IMG/VR virus record: IMGVR_UViG_3300009505_000017
Coordinates: 1-54,897 of that record
Direction: 5' to 3' (one strand)
Length of the DNA: 54,897 nt
Source: a virus
Taxonomy: Duplodnaviria; Caudoviricetes
The number at the start of each line of letters is the position of its first letter. Within the stretch, counting starts at the first letter, position 1. The notes below the pieces were generated by a model. The model was not told where the DNA came from. It was given only the letters and a program-made list of their open reading frames with translations, and ran no database searches. The position numbers and the translations under genes are program-made. Below are positions 25,525-36,104 of the stretch, one piece after another.

Positions 25525-27222
25525 TTACGTTGGGGGGGTGCAAATTTGTATGTTACTTACAACTCCGTTTGTTACTGTAATATATTGACCGTTATCCATT
25601 ATATAGTTTTGGTCGGTAGCTCTAGTCACTCCATCATGGTCTAAGAAAATAGGGTTGTTTAGAACAGGATAAGTATTGACTGCATTCTGAAATCTTGCAA
25701 AGAAAAAAGTTCCTGTTGCAGATTGACAGAAAGTACTAGAACCAATAGCATTAGCCGTAAAGCTAGGTAAAGCCGCAGGACACTCTACTGACAAGTTCCA
25801 TCCTGTACTTGCACATGGGCCTAAAACCTCTATAGAGACAGTGCCTGGTGATGCGTTTGGCTTAGGTATAACCATAAGGTTAAATTGAGATTGACCTCCT
25901 CTAATATCATCTCCTGTATTAATTGTTATACTTCGAGTAGAAGGGGTGTCTGCTATCCATCCATTTGAGTCATAGCCATTAAAAGCGTTATAAACACTTG
26001 TATTAGGTGTAGCTGGAACACAGGTGTCTGTAGGGTCTCCTAGTATAGTAAAGGCATTTGCCACACCACTAGTAGACTGTAAGTTTCCATCTGAAGCGCT
26101 TGATAGTCTATTGTAAAAAACACCATCATATAATACTCTTATTCCGTCAGGAATACTAGCAGGGTTAAAATAAATAAGAATAGCTCCAGTATCTGACACT
26201 GTAGTTCCTGCATCTATATCTAATTGATATACACCTCTTGAACCTGAAGGTGGGGTCAAAGTTCCTCCACATGGAAGTCCTGCTGGAGTACATGTTCCAG
26301 TAGCTATAACAATACCATACTGTATTTCAATATATGTATTGTCAGCTAATATTACAAACTGACTAGTTGCCGTATTGTTTATTGCATTTACTGCTCCACT
26401 ATCTAAATAAACATAATTACCTATCCCTGGAGTTGTTAATGTTTCAGGAACAAAAACTCCTGCAGATATATTTGCGTTTTGAGCAAAGTAATAATTTATT
26501 GTTGCAGCACCACAAGTATCATCTGCTTGAACACTAGAACCCAGAAAACTATCTAACTGTATAGGACAGTCTGTTTGAAAAGAAAAAAACGTACCCTGAA
26601 TAGGAGCGTAATAATCAATATTAATAACACTAGCGCTTGATATGTCTTTAGGTATAACCTGAGTATACACTCTTGTTCCACCGCCTCTTAAATCAAGCTG
26701 ATTAGAGTTGACTGTAATAGCTTGAGAAGTTCCAGAAGACACATATGTTCCATCTGTTTGTATGTTATAAACAAGAATTGGTGGCGTGGTCGATGGTGTA
26801 TTTTGATTTGATCCATAATAAGTTGGCTGTCCAGATGGGGTATTAAGTCCAACAGGACCTTGGTTATTTCCTATATATGTAAGTTGATTATATGTCTGTC
26901 CGTTATATGTAGATAGAACGCCATCTGGAATTATGCCTCCAACAACAGAATAAACAATTACAGCTCCAACATCTGTCCCTCCACTTATTTCTGCTAAAAA
27001 AGTGCCTCTTATATCTGAAGATTCTCCTGCGATTTCTCCACAAGGCAAAGCACAAGCAGGGCATATTATTTCAGGTGAAAGAAAACCTCCTACTTGCTCT
27101 CTATATATACCATTAAACTGATAGAACCCATCTGGAGATTTAATCAATAAATTAACATCATCGTAAACAGATATTGCTGTTGCGAAGTTTTCAGAATCAA
27201 TAAATTTATTTACTACACTCAT
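25525..27222 (-). CDS. Tail/virion surface protein with two tandem ~250-aa repeats
   Basis: LPCG..G....GA...Y....IPDG....Y.G..YN.L and CP..L.SF occur twice; beta-rich, T/G/S/N-rich. Confidence 0.7.
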   Translation of the reverse strand: MSVVNKFIDSENFATAISVYDDVNLLIKSPDGFYQFNGIYREQVGGFLSPEIICPACALPCGEIAGESSDIRGTFLAEISGGTDVGAVIVYSVVGGIIPDGVLSTYNGQTYNQLTYIGNNQGPVGLNTPSGQPTYYGSNQNTPSTTPPILVYNIQTDGTYVSSGTSQAITVNSNQLDLRGGGTRVYTQVIPKDISSASVINIDYYAPIQGTFFSFQTDCPIQLDSFLGSSVQADDTCGAATINYYFAQNANISAGVFVPETLTTPGIGNYVYLDSGAVNAINNTATSQFVILADNTYIEIQYGIVIATGTCTPAGLPCGGTLTPPSGSRGVYQLDIDAGTTVSDTGAILIYFNPASIPDGIRVLYDGVFYNRLSSASDGNLQSTSGVANAFTILGDPTDTCVPATPNTSVYNAFNGYDSNGWIADTPSTRSITINTGDDIRGGQSQFNLMVIPKPNASPGTVSIEVLGPCASTGWNLSVECPAALPSFTANAIGSSTFCQSATGTFFFARFQNAVNTYPVLNNPIFLDHDGVTRATDQNYIMDNGQYITVTNGVVSNIQICTPPT

Positions 27223-27242
27223 TTTTTAATTAATTTTAATAT

Positions 27243-30200
27243 TTAACACGTACCTAAATCGTTTAGTGTTTCATTTGTTGATATTATTTCTGTAGCACAA
27301 AACTCTTCACCTTCACAAATTGGACTACTACATTGTTTAAATATAGTTTGCTGGTCTCCATCACAATCAAGATATGTGATTTGTAAAGTATTGTCATAAG
27401 GTATACTTTTATATCTATTACAAACTGGTGGAGGCGGTGGGCCTCCAGTACATCCACAACAAGAATCTAAAGCGGTAACATCATAACATAACTCTATAGG
27501 TGTAGGGCTTCTTAAATCCCAAACTAAATACAAATAAGTATTAGCTGTGTTATAAATGAATTGAGCTTCGTAATTTTCAGGACCTCCTGAAATTGGAGTT
27601 GCTGTATTTAATAATGGAAGTAATACATCAATATCTACTTCATCGTAATTTGTATTAGTTGATAGGTATTTTAGTTTCCCTGCATTAGGATTAAATTCAT
27701 AAGTTTGACCTGCATTTTGTCTAATCTGCATAACAACAGTAGATCCTTCAGGAGGCAAAGCTCCAAAAGAAGCAGGACCAGTAGACTCTGTAAATAAAGA
27801 AACACCATCTGATTCTAAAACAATAGAATTAGTGCTGTAAGGACTTAAATAAGATCCTTGTGTCCACCTGTATCTTACATCTGTAGTTAAAGGAGCGTCT
27901 CCTTCAAAGTTTACAACTATTTCTTTAACTGTTACGTCTGGAGCTATTGGACATTCAAAATTAATATCATAGTCAGAAACAACAATTGGTGTAGTGGTCA
28001 CTTCCACATATCTAGGGCTGTTTTGTGTTTTATTAAAAGAAACACTACCTATCCCTGAGACATCTTGATTTATAACTTCAGTTCCATTCCATATAGCAGT
28101 TATATTTACTTGACCATTTACGTTATATGAAAAAGGTATTGTACCTATTACAGTAGTACAATCAAGGTTTAGTGTATAAGGATCTTCTCCATTTGTTACT
28201 GTTAACACATATCCGCACTGTTTTTCTTCTGGTGGCTGAGGTATAATTTGTGTATTAGAGCTTAAAACATATTCATTCATGTATGGATCGTATCCACCTA
28301 GTTTTTGAGTTTCAAAAGAAGTTGTAAATAAGTCTCTAAACCAAGAACGCATTCCTACTGTAGATATTACATTTAATTGGTCTGTTTTAGCAGATCCTCC
28401 TTTTAATTCTATTACTGAACTTCTTTTTGAGTCCGTAAAATAAACATTATAACCATAAGAAGTAAAACTCTCTGGATTACTGCTTATTCCAAATTCCTCT
28501 ATTCTAGCTAATTGAGTACCAAGAACCTCAGGTACTGATGTTATAGCTCCACCTGCTGCTGCATCAGAAAGTAAGTTTTTTCCTACTAACAAATAAGATA
28601 TCTTATCTTCTTGAAGAGTTAAGATGTCTGTCTGTCTTGAATGCATTTTTCTAATCGGTCCGTATGATGTTTCTAATGTTTTAAAATTAGCTAAAGCCAG
28701 GTTAAATTGATTTAACTTATTTAAGTTAGTTTCTTGATTAAAAACTCCACTATAAGTTACATCAGCAAACCTATGACTTTCTTTGTATTGTTCTTCTGAA
28801 ACAGATGTTACTTTTTCTCCAAGTTGTATAAATGGTTTTGTAAGTCCAGATAAAACATGATTTTCTTCCGCTCCATTTCCAAAAGAATAAGAATTAAAAA
28901 AAGTTAAATCAACAATAGCAGGGTTTGTTAAAGTTTGGTCTTGGTCAGCATCTGAATTTCCTGACAAATGAAGTCCGTTTACAATGTCAAATGTCTGTTC
29001 ATTTTCATAATACAATTCATCATTTGCATCTAATGGCTCAGTTTCAAAAATAGTCAAAGTAGATGCTCTTTCTACTTGAAGATTAATACTAGCATAAGAA
29101 TTTCTTGGTCTAATACCACCGCATCTAGGAGTTCCTGATTGATAGCAAAATCTTAAAGGCGATGTTGGAGTAGCTTGCTGAAATCCTACATAACTATTAC
29201 CTGTTGTTGCTAATCGATCCTCAAAAATCTTTATATCATCATACTGAATTTGATTATTTTGAGCATCATCATCACTACCTGATGAAATTCCATTTGTAAA
29301 ATCAATATTATCTCCTAACACCCAATCATATAAACTATCATAATCATTTGAAGATATAAATTTTTTGCTCCAATCATAATATCTACTTCCACATCCTCCA
29401 CCTCGACTATATCTAGTAGCATTAATGGTTATCTCTATAAGAGAACCTGCTGGAACAGTCCATGGAATATATTCTCCAGGATTATCTTCATCTTCAATAG
29501 AGCATGAAACATTAACTAAAGGCTTATCTCTGCTGCCTCCAGAACTAGTCTCTTCTATTCTAGAATTTGGCGGTTTATTTGCCGCAAAGTTAGTGGGCTT
29601 TACTAACATGTAAGTCCCTGTTGGCTGACCACATTCTTGTGATCCTGGCAAAATATTTCCGTCAATATCTTTTTCACAAAGAAAATCTTTAGCCTCAGAT
29701 CCAAAACCTAAAACTTTTGTTGTAGCGCAATTTAAAACAGGGCCATTTGTATCTGCTTTGACGTATAACACATCGTTATCTTTCACCTTGTCCCTATTGT
29801 CTCCCTGAAGCAAATAGTAAGCGTCTCCTGTCTCTTCTTCTCTAAAGAATATATTGCTGTATATTGTTCTGTAAAGTCCCTTAGACTCTTTAATTACAAA
29901 TTTATATTTTGTAGCCCAATAAGGAGGGTAGCTATTCATTTGAACCCTAATACTGTTTTTGTCAACTGAATTAAAGCAAGGAATAAAAATAGTATTATCT
30001 GTATCAACTAGAGCAGTACTACTTCTCCCATAGTCATCCATATATACAACACCTATTTCATAATCTCTGTTACTGTGTAAACTTTGCTTTGATCCATCTA
30101 ATGCATAAAAACCTTCTGCAGAAACACAGCTTATATATTCATAAGCAAAATTTCCTAATGGAGCTGGAGGCTGTACTGTTTGGTCATATTCTTCAAATTT

Positions 30201-31817
30201 TAATGCAGGCGCAATAAATGAAATTACATCACTTCCAAAAGAAGATTCAATAATAAAACCCTGGGGTGTTCCACTTATTCCAAAACCGACTTTTTCCCAG
30301 TTTTGTTTAGCTACTGCCGAACAAATAAATGCATCAGTAACAGACGTTCCTGTTTCTGTTCCTCCTGAAACAGGAATACAAGTGTTATTAGCTATAGGGA
30401 TAAAAGAACTAATAGCATTAATGAATTCTGGGCTAGTAGCCATTTCATGAACGCTACCAAAATCTGTTTGAAGATTAAATATAAAATCGTATTCAAAAAC
30501 ATTCTCTGGTTGACTTTGATCTTCATACAATGGGTCTCCACTATAAACAGATCCATTGTAATCAAAATTAACTCCAATTTGCGCTCCTTCAACTAACTGT
30601 ATATTATCGCCTCCAAAATCAATTGATACTTTTGAATTTACAACATTAACAGCTCCGTCAATAGTGTATTGAAAACCTTCTCTGTCTCCTGCTATACTAT
30701 CAGATTCTTGAAGCTCAGATATAAGTTGTAAATCATAATCAAGGTAAATAGAAGCTCCATCTTTATCGACTATGTCGTAACCATCAATGTAATTACCGTA
30801 CATCAATCTATTTCCCATAATAGTTTGTGCTTGAGCAACTCTAGGAACATTGTCAAACAATCTTAATAATTGAGCTTCAGGTAATGTTGTGAATATTTTT
30901 TGATTTGTAAAAGTTATTGTTTGATCTGTATTGTCTAACCAACCCTCATTTTCTTTATTAAATCTTTCAACAACATTTATGCTTTGACTAGTGCTAAATT
31001 TAAATAAAACATCTAAATCTTTTACATTTCTACCTCCAGTGTCAAAAGTTACTTTTACTGAATTAAATATATTTCTCATCCCTTCTTGATTATAGTTGCT
31101 ATAATCAAATCGAAAAGGACCAGGGGTAAAAGCATATTCGCTAAATGGAGATATCGATGAGTACTCACCATCTTCATATTGCCATCTATAGGCAAAACTA
31201 AGTAGTATTTCCTCCATAAAGTTTTCTCCTCCACCTACTTGAAATTGTTCTATTTCAGGTGCGTTTAATGGTGGAGCAACAATAACTCCAATATCTTGCT
31301 CTGTTATTTGGTCAATTGTTGTACCAGGATCTGGATTTAGATAAGTTCTTTCAACATTTATCTTTCTAGGAGCATTTAAGTTGTCTGTAAAAAATAAAAA
31401 TTCACCTATTAAGTTTATTCCATTAACTAAAAAGTCTTTGTCAAAATTTAAAATTGAAGTAGAAATTACATGATAATCTAAAACAAATGTTCTTGTATTA
31501 TATGATGTTATTAAATCTACTTTACCTGTTGAAGAAACAGGGTTAGATTCATCACTAACAAACCAATATATTGTTTCATTTGCCCCATCTTCATAAGCTC
31601 CAATACATTTAGCACCAGAACTTAATGGCTGACCATTAAAATTAAGTTGAGCAATTAAATCGTTACCTTTTGAATTTTCAACAGCTCCTATTTCAGTGCC
31701 TTCTGTAGAACCCAATCTAACATTTAAAGCATCAATGTATTCACCTTGAGGTACAAGGCGCTCATCAACACTTTTATTCATTCTCCCTTTTATGAAATTT
31801 TTTGAAATATTAGGCAT
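27243..31817 (-). CDS. Large tail stabilisation / nozzle protein
   Basis: N-terminal KGRMNKSVDERLVPQGEYIDALNVR, FTDNLNAPRKIN, FAYRWQYEDGEYS, GNRLMYGNY, FGISSNPESF, motifs typical of Bacteroidota podovirus tail proteins. Confidence 0.75.
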   Translation of the reverse strand: MPNISKNFIKGRMNKSVDERLVPQGEYIDALNVRLGSTEGTEIGAVENSKGNDLIAQLNFNGQPLSSGAKCIGAYEDGANETIYWFVSDESNPVSSTGKVDLITSYNTRTFVLDYHVISTSILNFDKDFLVNGINLIGEFLFFTDNLNAPRKINVERTYLNPDPGTTIDQITEQDIGVIVAPPLNAPEIEQFQVGGGENFMEEILLSFAYRWQYEDGEYSSISPFSEYAFTPGPFRFDYSNYNQEGMRNIFNSVKVTFDTGGRNVKDLDVLFKFSTSQSINVVERFNKENEGWLDNTDQTITFTNQKIFTTLPEAQLLRLFDNVPRVAQAQTIMGNRLMYGNYIDGYDIVDKDGASIYLDYDLQLISELQESDSIAGDREGFQYTIDGAVNVVNSKVSIDFGGDNIQLVEGAQIGVNFDYNGSVYSGDPLYEDQSQPENVFEYDFIFNLQTDFGSVHEMATSPEFINAISSFIPIANNTCIPVSGGTETGTSVTDAFICSAVAKQNWEKVGFGISGTPQGFIIESSFGSDVISFIAPALKFEEYDQTVQPPAPLGNFAYEYISCVSAEGFYALDGSKQSLHSNRDYEIGVVYMDDYGRSSTALVDTDNTIFIPCFNSVDKNSIRVQMNSYPPYWATKYKFVIKESKGLYRTIYSNIFFREEETGDAYYLLQGDNRDKVKDNDVLYVKADTNGPVLNCATTKVLGFGSEAKDFLCEKDIDGNILPGSQECGQPTGTYMLVKPTNFAANKPPNSRIEETSSGGSRDKPLVNVSCSIEDEDNPGEYIPWTVPAGSLIEITINATRYSRGGGCGSRYYDWSKKFISSNDYDSLYDWVLGDNIDFTNGISSGSDDDAQNNQIQYDDIKIFEDRLATTGNSYVGFQQATPTSPLRFCYQSGTPRCGGIRPRNSYASINLQVERASTLTIFETEPLDANDELYYENEQTFDIVNGLHLSGNSDADQDQTLTNPAIVDLTFFNSYSFGNGAEENHVLSGLTKPFIQLGEKVTSVSEEQYKESHRFADVTYSGVFNQETNLNKLNQFNLALANFKTLETSYGPIRKMHSRQTDILTLQEDKISYLLVGKNLLSDAAAGGAITSVPEVLGTQLARIEEFGISSNPESFTSYGYNVYFTDSKRSSVIELKGGSAKTDQLNVISTVGMRSWFRDLFTTSFETQKLGGYDPYMNEYVLSSNTQIIPQPPEEKQCGYVLTVTNGEDPYTLNLDCTTVIGTIPFSYNVNGQVNITAIWNGTEVINQDVSGIGSVSFNKTQNSPRYVEVTTTPIVVSDYDINFECPIAPDVTVKEIVVNFEGDAPLTTDVRYRWTQGSYLSPYSTNSIVLESDGVSLFTESTGPASFGALPPEGSTVVMQIRQNAGQTYEFNPNAGKLKYLSTNTNYDEVDIDVLLPLLNTATPISGGPENYEAQFIYNTANTYLYLVWDLRSPTPIELCYDVTALDSCCGCTGGPPPPPVCNRYKSIPYDNTLQITYLDCDGDQQTIFKQCSSPICEGEEFCATEIISTNETLNDLGTC

Positions 31818-31818
31818 A

Positions 31819-32745
31819 TTATTTTATCCATTTATTTTGACCCCTTAAGTTCATTAATAATCTACTAGGGTGTATATTGCTTAATCTTAATTTTGCATTT
31901 CTTAAAAGAGCTGATTTTTCTTTTTTAAGTCTAGTTACTATATATTCTTGAACTCCAATCTTATTGTTTAATATTGTGTATCTCATATATGCATAAACAA
32001 ATTCTTCAAACAGTTTATTTACACTAATTAAAGAGTCATCTCCTTTTTCCATTCCATCTGAAACATATTCCAAAACACAAAGCTCATCTGCCATGTCTGA
32101 GCTGAAATTAATAACTCCACCTGATTTATTTATACTAAACGTAGGGTTTTGATTAGCAGTCTCTGTGTTAAGTCCATATCTTCCACCTATTGGATATTCA
32201 AAATACCATACACCGTTAGAAAAATAACCTTCTTGTCCGTTATAAGGGCTTTGCTGGTTTAAATATATTGATTTTTTACCTCCTGTAATTCTTTGTAAAT
32301 CTATTGTAGAAGTAGAAGGTTTAAGTATATTCCCATCATGATCAAATAATATTCTACAATTATTGTCCTGCAAATAAGCATCACTCCAATTTGTTTGAAT
32401 ATTTTCACTAAGAGGCATTAGTGTACCATTCTTGTACAAAGATATTCTTACCCAATTTACATAATCAGAAGGCAATACAAATCTTAATGTGTCACATACT
32501 TGTAATTCAAGTATTTTTATTTCTTTTAAAGAATCGTAATTTAATTCTTGTATAGCTCTTTTTGCGTGAAAAAGTATATTATATCTTTCAACATTATTTA
32601 TAAGTTTATCGTTACCAACATACATTAACATGAAGTTGTTTACAATATCCTCTAATGGTATATATTGATATGAACCCCAATTCTCATCTTCTGTGTTTGG
32701 GTTTCCTGTATTCTCGTAGTAAGTATAATCGTTTATATATGCCAT
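31819..32745 (-). CDS. Head-tail adaptor / tail ring protein
   Basis: LPSDYVNWVRIS motif and position between capsid and nozzle genes. Confidence 0.6.
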   Translation of the reverse strand: MAYINDYTYYENTGNPNTEDENWGSYQYIPLEDIVNNFMLMYVGNDKLINNVERYNILFHAKRAIQELNYDSLKEIKILELQVCDTLRFVLPSDYVNWVRISLYKNGTLMPLSENIQTNWSDAYLQDNNCRILFDHDGNILKPSTSTIDLQRITGGKKSIYLNQQSPYNGQEGYFSNGVWYFEYPIGGRYGLNTETANQNPTFSINKSGGVINFSSDMADELCVLEYVSDGMEKGDDSLISVNKLFEEFVYAYMRYTILNNKIGVQEYIVTRLKKEKSALLRNAKLRLSNIHPSRLLMNLRGQNKWIK

Positions 32746-32747
32746 AA

Positions 32748-33737
32748 TTATTGTCCTTCTTGGTTATTTGCTTCCTGTTCTTCTACTTTCCCAAATTTAG
32801 CTACATCCATCTCTCTAACTGAAACCCCTGCATACTGAAGTATTTTGTTTATCAAGTTTGTCTCATCTGAAGCAGGTAGCTCAAAATCTTGGTAATCCGC
32901 AGCTGTCTCATCAAACGATGGCTCACCTCCAGGGAATTGAGCATATGTCCAATTAGGATCATTGGGGTATCTTACATATTGAGAAACAACTGTGCCTGTG
33001 TTGTTTATTGATTCAGGATAAACTGTAATCGTGTTTCCTGTATTTATATTATTTGCACCACCTAAAACATAAGCTGGATACATTAAACTTGGAGATGTAA
33101 GATGTGAAGAGTTTAAATAAAATATTTTATTCTGAGAAACTCTTTCTATTTCTTTTATTCCTTTTGTACTTGAAATAGAATAAGAAGAACCTATATATCC
33201 TCCTGTAAAAAAATCATTAGTTGATATTGTCAATTGAGTCTCACTATCTACACTTACTACAAAAGCACTTCCTCCAGAATATAACTCTCCTCCTGTAGTA
33301 TTTACTATTAACTGACCTGCAGCTACTTGACCTCCAGATACAAAATTTGCAGAAGCATCTATTAAAGTGTTTCCTATCGAACCAAAAGTTAATGTACCTG
33401 TTGCTGTGATATTTGGATAATAGTTTATTTTATCTATTAAATAGTAATCATTAGGTAAATCAAATAAATTTATACCTACATTAATTAATCCTTTAGTAGA
33501 AGAAAAACTATCTATTACTTCAATTAAACCTTTTACTAGATCAGCATATTCGCTTCCAGAAATTCTTTTGTTTTGTTTTACTATCTGTGAATTATATTGA
33601 TAGAAGTAATCTTCAAATAAATCTAACTGTGCTTGTTTTGCGTATAGGTTGAAATCATTTGGAGTAATATATCCAAAATTATTTTTATTTACAATAGAAA
33701 GAACAGTTGCTCTGACTGTATTTATTAATGATGCCAT
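32748..33737 (-). CDS. Head-tail adaptor / tail ring protein
   Basis: GYITPNDFNLYAKQAQ, LPNDYY, YVRYPNDP, KILQYAGV; position. Confidence 0.6.
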   Translation of the reverse strand: MASLINTVRATVLSIVNKNNFGYITPNDFNLYAKQAQLDLFEDYFYQYNSQIVKQNKRISGSEYADLVKGLIEVIDSFSSTKGLINVGINLFDLPNDYYLIDKINYYPNITATGTLTFGSIGNTLIDASANFVSGGQVAAGQLIVNTTGGELYSGGSAFVVSVDSETQLTISTNDFFTGGYIGSSYSISSTKGIKEIERVSQNKIFYLNSSHLTSPSLMYPAYVLGGANNINTGNTITVYPESINNTGTVVSQYVRYPNDPNWTYAQFPGGEPSFDETAADYQDFELPASDETNLINKILQYAGVSVREMDVAKFGKVEEQEANNQEGQ

Positions 33738-33755
33738 TCTTTATTTTTCTTTGAA

Positions 33756-33763
33756 CAAAGATA
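33756..33763 (-). promoter_or_regulatory. Bacteroidota -7 promoter element TATCTTTG
   Basis: Intergenic, abuts the terminator U-tract, 18 nt before the ring-protein start. Confidence 0.65.
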
Positions 33764-33764
33764 C

Positions 33765-33799
33765 AAAAAAAAAAGAGGCCTCATTTCTGAAAGCCTCTT
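33765..33799 (-). terminator. Intrinsic terminator
   Basis: AAGAGGC/GCCTCTT stem with a 10-nt T tract on the minus strand. Confidence 0.75.
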
Positions 33800-33827
33800 C
33801 TTGTTTAACACCTATTTAGGTTTGTTT

Positions 33828-34574
33828 TTAATCTATTTTATCTTCTAATATTCTTAGAACTTCTAAGCCTTCATCACTTTGAAGAAATGATGCTAAAATA
33901 AATAAAGGATCTTCACCATAAGGAACTGTAAGTAATTTCTTTTTGTTTCCTTTTAAGTTATAATAAACATCTTTTTTATTTTTTAACAATAATAAACCTT
34001 CACTGAAAAATTTAGAACATTTGTTTTGAAGAGATAATAAAGGGTCGTTAATAGACTCTAAAAAATCCTCAGGATATCTACTCGCAAACAATCTAACATC
34101 ACGCTTTAATTCTGCAGACGTCATTCTATCTACTTTCACGCCCATTACTACTCTAGCTATTGTTTCTAACATTTCAATATCTAATTCTTTAGCTGCAATC
34201 ATTGCGTCTAAAGCTAAATCCATGCTATCTACATCTACACTAGCGTCTTTTTCTTTATCAACTTCAATAAAATCATTTCCATTCCCAGGATGATGTGCTA
34301 GAAATTTTTGTAAAATTTGGTTTTGTTTTGGAACTCTTAAAAATCCATCTTCAAAAATAATTGGTTCTAAAAGAACATTTCCATCTTGCTCATCCTCAAA
34401 AATAGTTTTTTGATTCTTAGCATATCGCATAGATCTGTTTTGTCCAGTTTCTTCGTCAAAATAAAGTAAACTACTTCTTTTAGTATTTCTTGATGGAATT
34501 GTGTAGCTCAATGGAGCTTTGTCTCTGGTGAGTTTGTAGCTTTTGTCAACAAAAGCCTCTTTGTTTTTTTTCAT
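33828..34574 (-). CDS. Conserved hypothetical protein of the capsid module
   Basis: 248-aa ORF directly downstream of the major capsid gene. Confidence 0.7.
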   Translation of the reverse strand: MKKNKEAFVDKSYKLTRDKAPLSYTIPSRNTKRSSLLYFDEETGQNRSMRYAKNQKTIFEDEQDGNVLLEPIIFEDGFLRVPKQNQILQKFLAHHPGNGNDFIEVDKEKDASVDVDSMDLALDAMIAAKELDIEMLETIARVVMGVKVDRMTSAELKRDVRLFASRYPEDFLESINDPLLSLQNKCSKFFSEGLLLLKNKKDVYYNLKGNKKKLLTVPYGEDPLFILASFLQSDEGLEVLRILEDKID

Positions 34575-34596
34575 TTGATTACGATTTAATTTTAAT

Positions 34597-34628
34597 AAAA
34601 AAAAGGGGTGAGGTTAATCACCCCTTTT
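34597..34628 (-). terminator. Intrinsic terminator after the major capsid gene (possibly bidirectional)
   Basis: AAAAGGGGTGA-GGTTAA-TCACCCCTTTT with T tracts on both strands. Confidence 0.85.
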
Positions 34629-34646
34629 ATTGTAATTATCTATATC

Positions 34647-36065
34647 TTATTTAAAGATAAAGAAGTTGTTAGCACCTAAAGTACATAAAGCTCTTTCAGA
34701 TAAGAAGTTTACTTCCATAGCATCTAAGCTAGAAGTAGAAGCTCCACCTGCTGAACCTGTAATCCAAGTCTTATAACGTCTGTCTTCAGTTTCTGAAGCT
34801 CTATAACGAACGTGTAAGAATGGTCTCTTAGCGTTTTTGCCAAGAACTTGATCGTAAACTGTAGTAGAACCTGCTGGAACTAATACTCCGTTTACAGCAC
34901 CACCTACAATATCACCACGCATAGTTGGATCGTTTAAGTATTTCCAGTCTGTTTTGTAGAAGTCATAACCTCTTCGGAATCCAGAGAATCCTAAGTTTAA
35001 AGCCATTTCTTCATCATTGTCAAAAAGACCAAATGAAGTACCACCTGCATATCCTGCATTTTGAGCAGCTAACATATCGTCAATATCAAATCCAAACTCA
35101 CGATTCACAAAAAGAACATTCTCTTCAATAGAACCTTGCTTGTCTAATCTTTGAATGATAGCGTCAAAATCTCCAAGAGTTGTTGGGTTACCACCACTCC
35201 ATACATTTCCTCGCTCTTCAACAACATAGAAAAGACCTTCTGATCCTTTGTTACCTACGCCTGATGCAACTCCTTCAACAATTGCTGCTGCTCCTGAACC
35301 ACCTTCTGCTGGTACTGCTTCAACCATTGCTGTTTCTAAGTAATCTTCAAAACGTAAACGAGTTTCATGCTCTGATTTTAAATACCATAAGAAACCAGTT
35401 GCTCCGTTTTCAGTAGTAACCTCAATCCATCCAATTTGAGCCATGTCAGAACCACTTACTGCGTAGTGATCTTTAATGATAATTGGTGAGTTAGAGAAAA
35501 TGCTATCATCAGCTTCTAACTGCCCTTGCATTCCAACAGATCCCTTTTGGAATTCTGAACCATAAATAAATAGAGAACATACTACTCCTGCAGCAACCCC
35601 TTGACCTGCTAATTCATAATAAGCAACATCAATTGTTCCGTTAGCAATATCAACTGCAGTAACAATAGCTTTGTTACTAAGAGTTGAAGCTGCTGTGCTG
35701 TCAGAAATCATAATTGTTTGACCAACTCTAATTGCAATAGCGCCAGTTCCTGGAACTAAAACATCTCCAATTGTTAAAGTAGCAACTCCTGCTCCTGCTA
35801 CTGCTGCTGAAGTAACATCTGTATACTTCGTGTGTAGTCTTCCTTGCTCTGCCCATTTAATAAGGTCTGAGTTAGAAGGCATTTCAGCGCCTACCATTCT
35901 TAAGAATGATGCTACTGTTCTGTTTCCATAACGTTCGAATTCTTTTTCATAAGTATCTGGAAGATACTGATTTAAGAAATCAAAGTTAGTAATGTAATTT
36001 GTCTGTAATAAAACCTGTTCTGAACTTGGTTGTAAGTCAAACCCAGGTACTGCATCTACTGCCAT
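34647..36065 (-). CDS. Major capsid protein
   Basis: 472 aa after scaffold and portal, followed by a strong terminator; WAEQGRLH, PIIIKDHYAVSGSD, GSEGLF, FLSERALCTLGANNF. Confidence 0.85.
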   Translation of the reverse strand: MAVDAVPGFDLQPSSEQVLLQTNYITNFDFLNQYLPDTYEKEFERYGNRTVASFLRMVGAEMPSNSDLIKWAEQGRLHTKYTDVTSAAVAGAGVATLTIGDVLVPGTGAIAIRVGQTIMISDSTAASTLSNKAIVTAVDIANGTIDVAYYELAGQGVAAGVVCSLFIYGSEFQKGSVGMQGQLEADDSIFSNSPIIIKDHYAVSGSDMAQIGWIEVTTENGATGFLWYLKSEHETRLRFEDYLETAMVEAVPAEGGSGAAAIVEGVASGVGNKGSEGLFYVVEERGNVWSGGNPTTLGDFDAIIQRLDKQGSIEENVLFVNREFGFDIDDMLAAQNAGYAGGTSFGLFDNDEEMALNLGFSGFRRGYDFYKTDWKYLNDPTMRGDIVGGAVNGVLVPAGSTTVYDQVLGKNAKRPFLHVRYRASETEDRRYKTWITGSAGGASTSSLDAMEVNFLSERALCTLGANNFFIFK

Positions 36066-36081
36066 AATTTTTGTTTTTTAG

Positions 36082-36098
36082 TTAACACTAAGTGTTAA
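36082..36098. promoter_or_regulatory. Perfect inverted repeat TTAACACT-A-AGTGTTAA in the capsid gene leader
   Basis: 8-bp arms in the 39-bp scaffold-capsid spacer. Confidence 0.5.
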
Positions 36099-36104
36099 TT
36101 ATTT

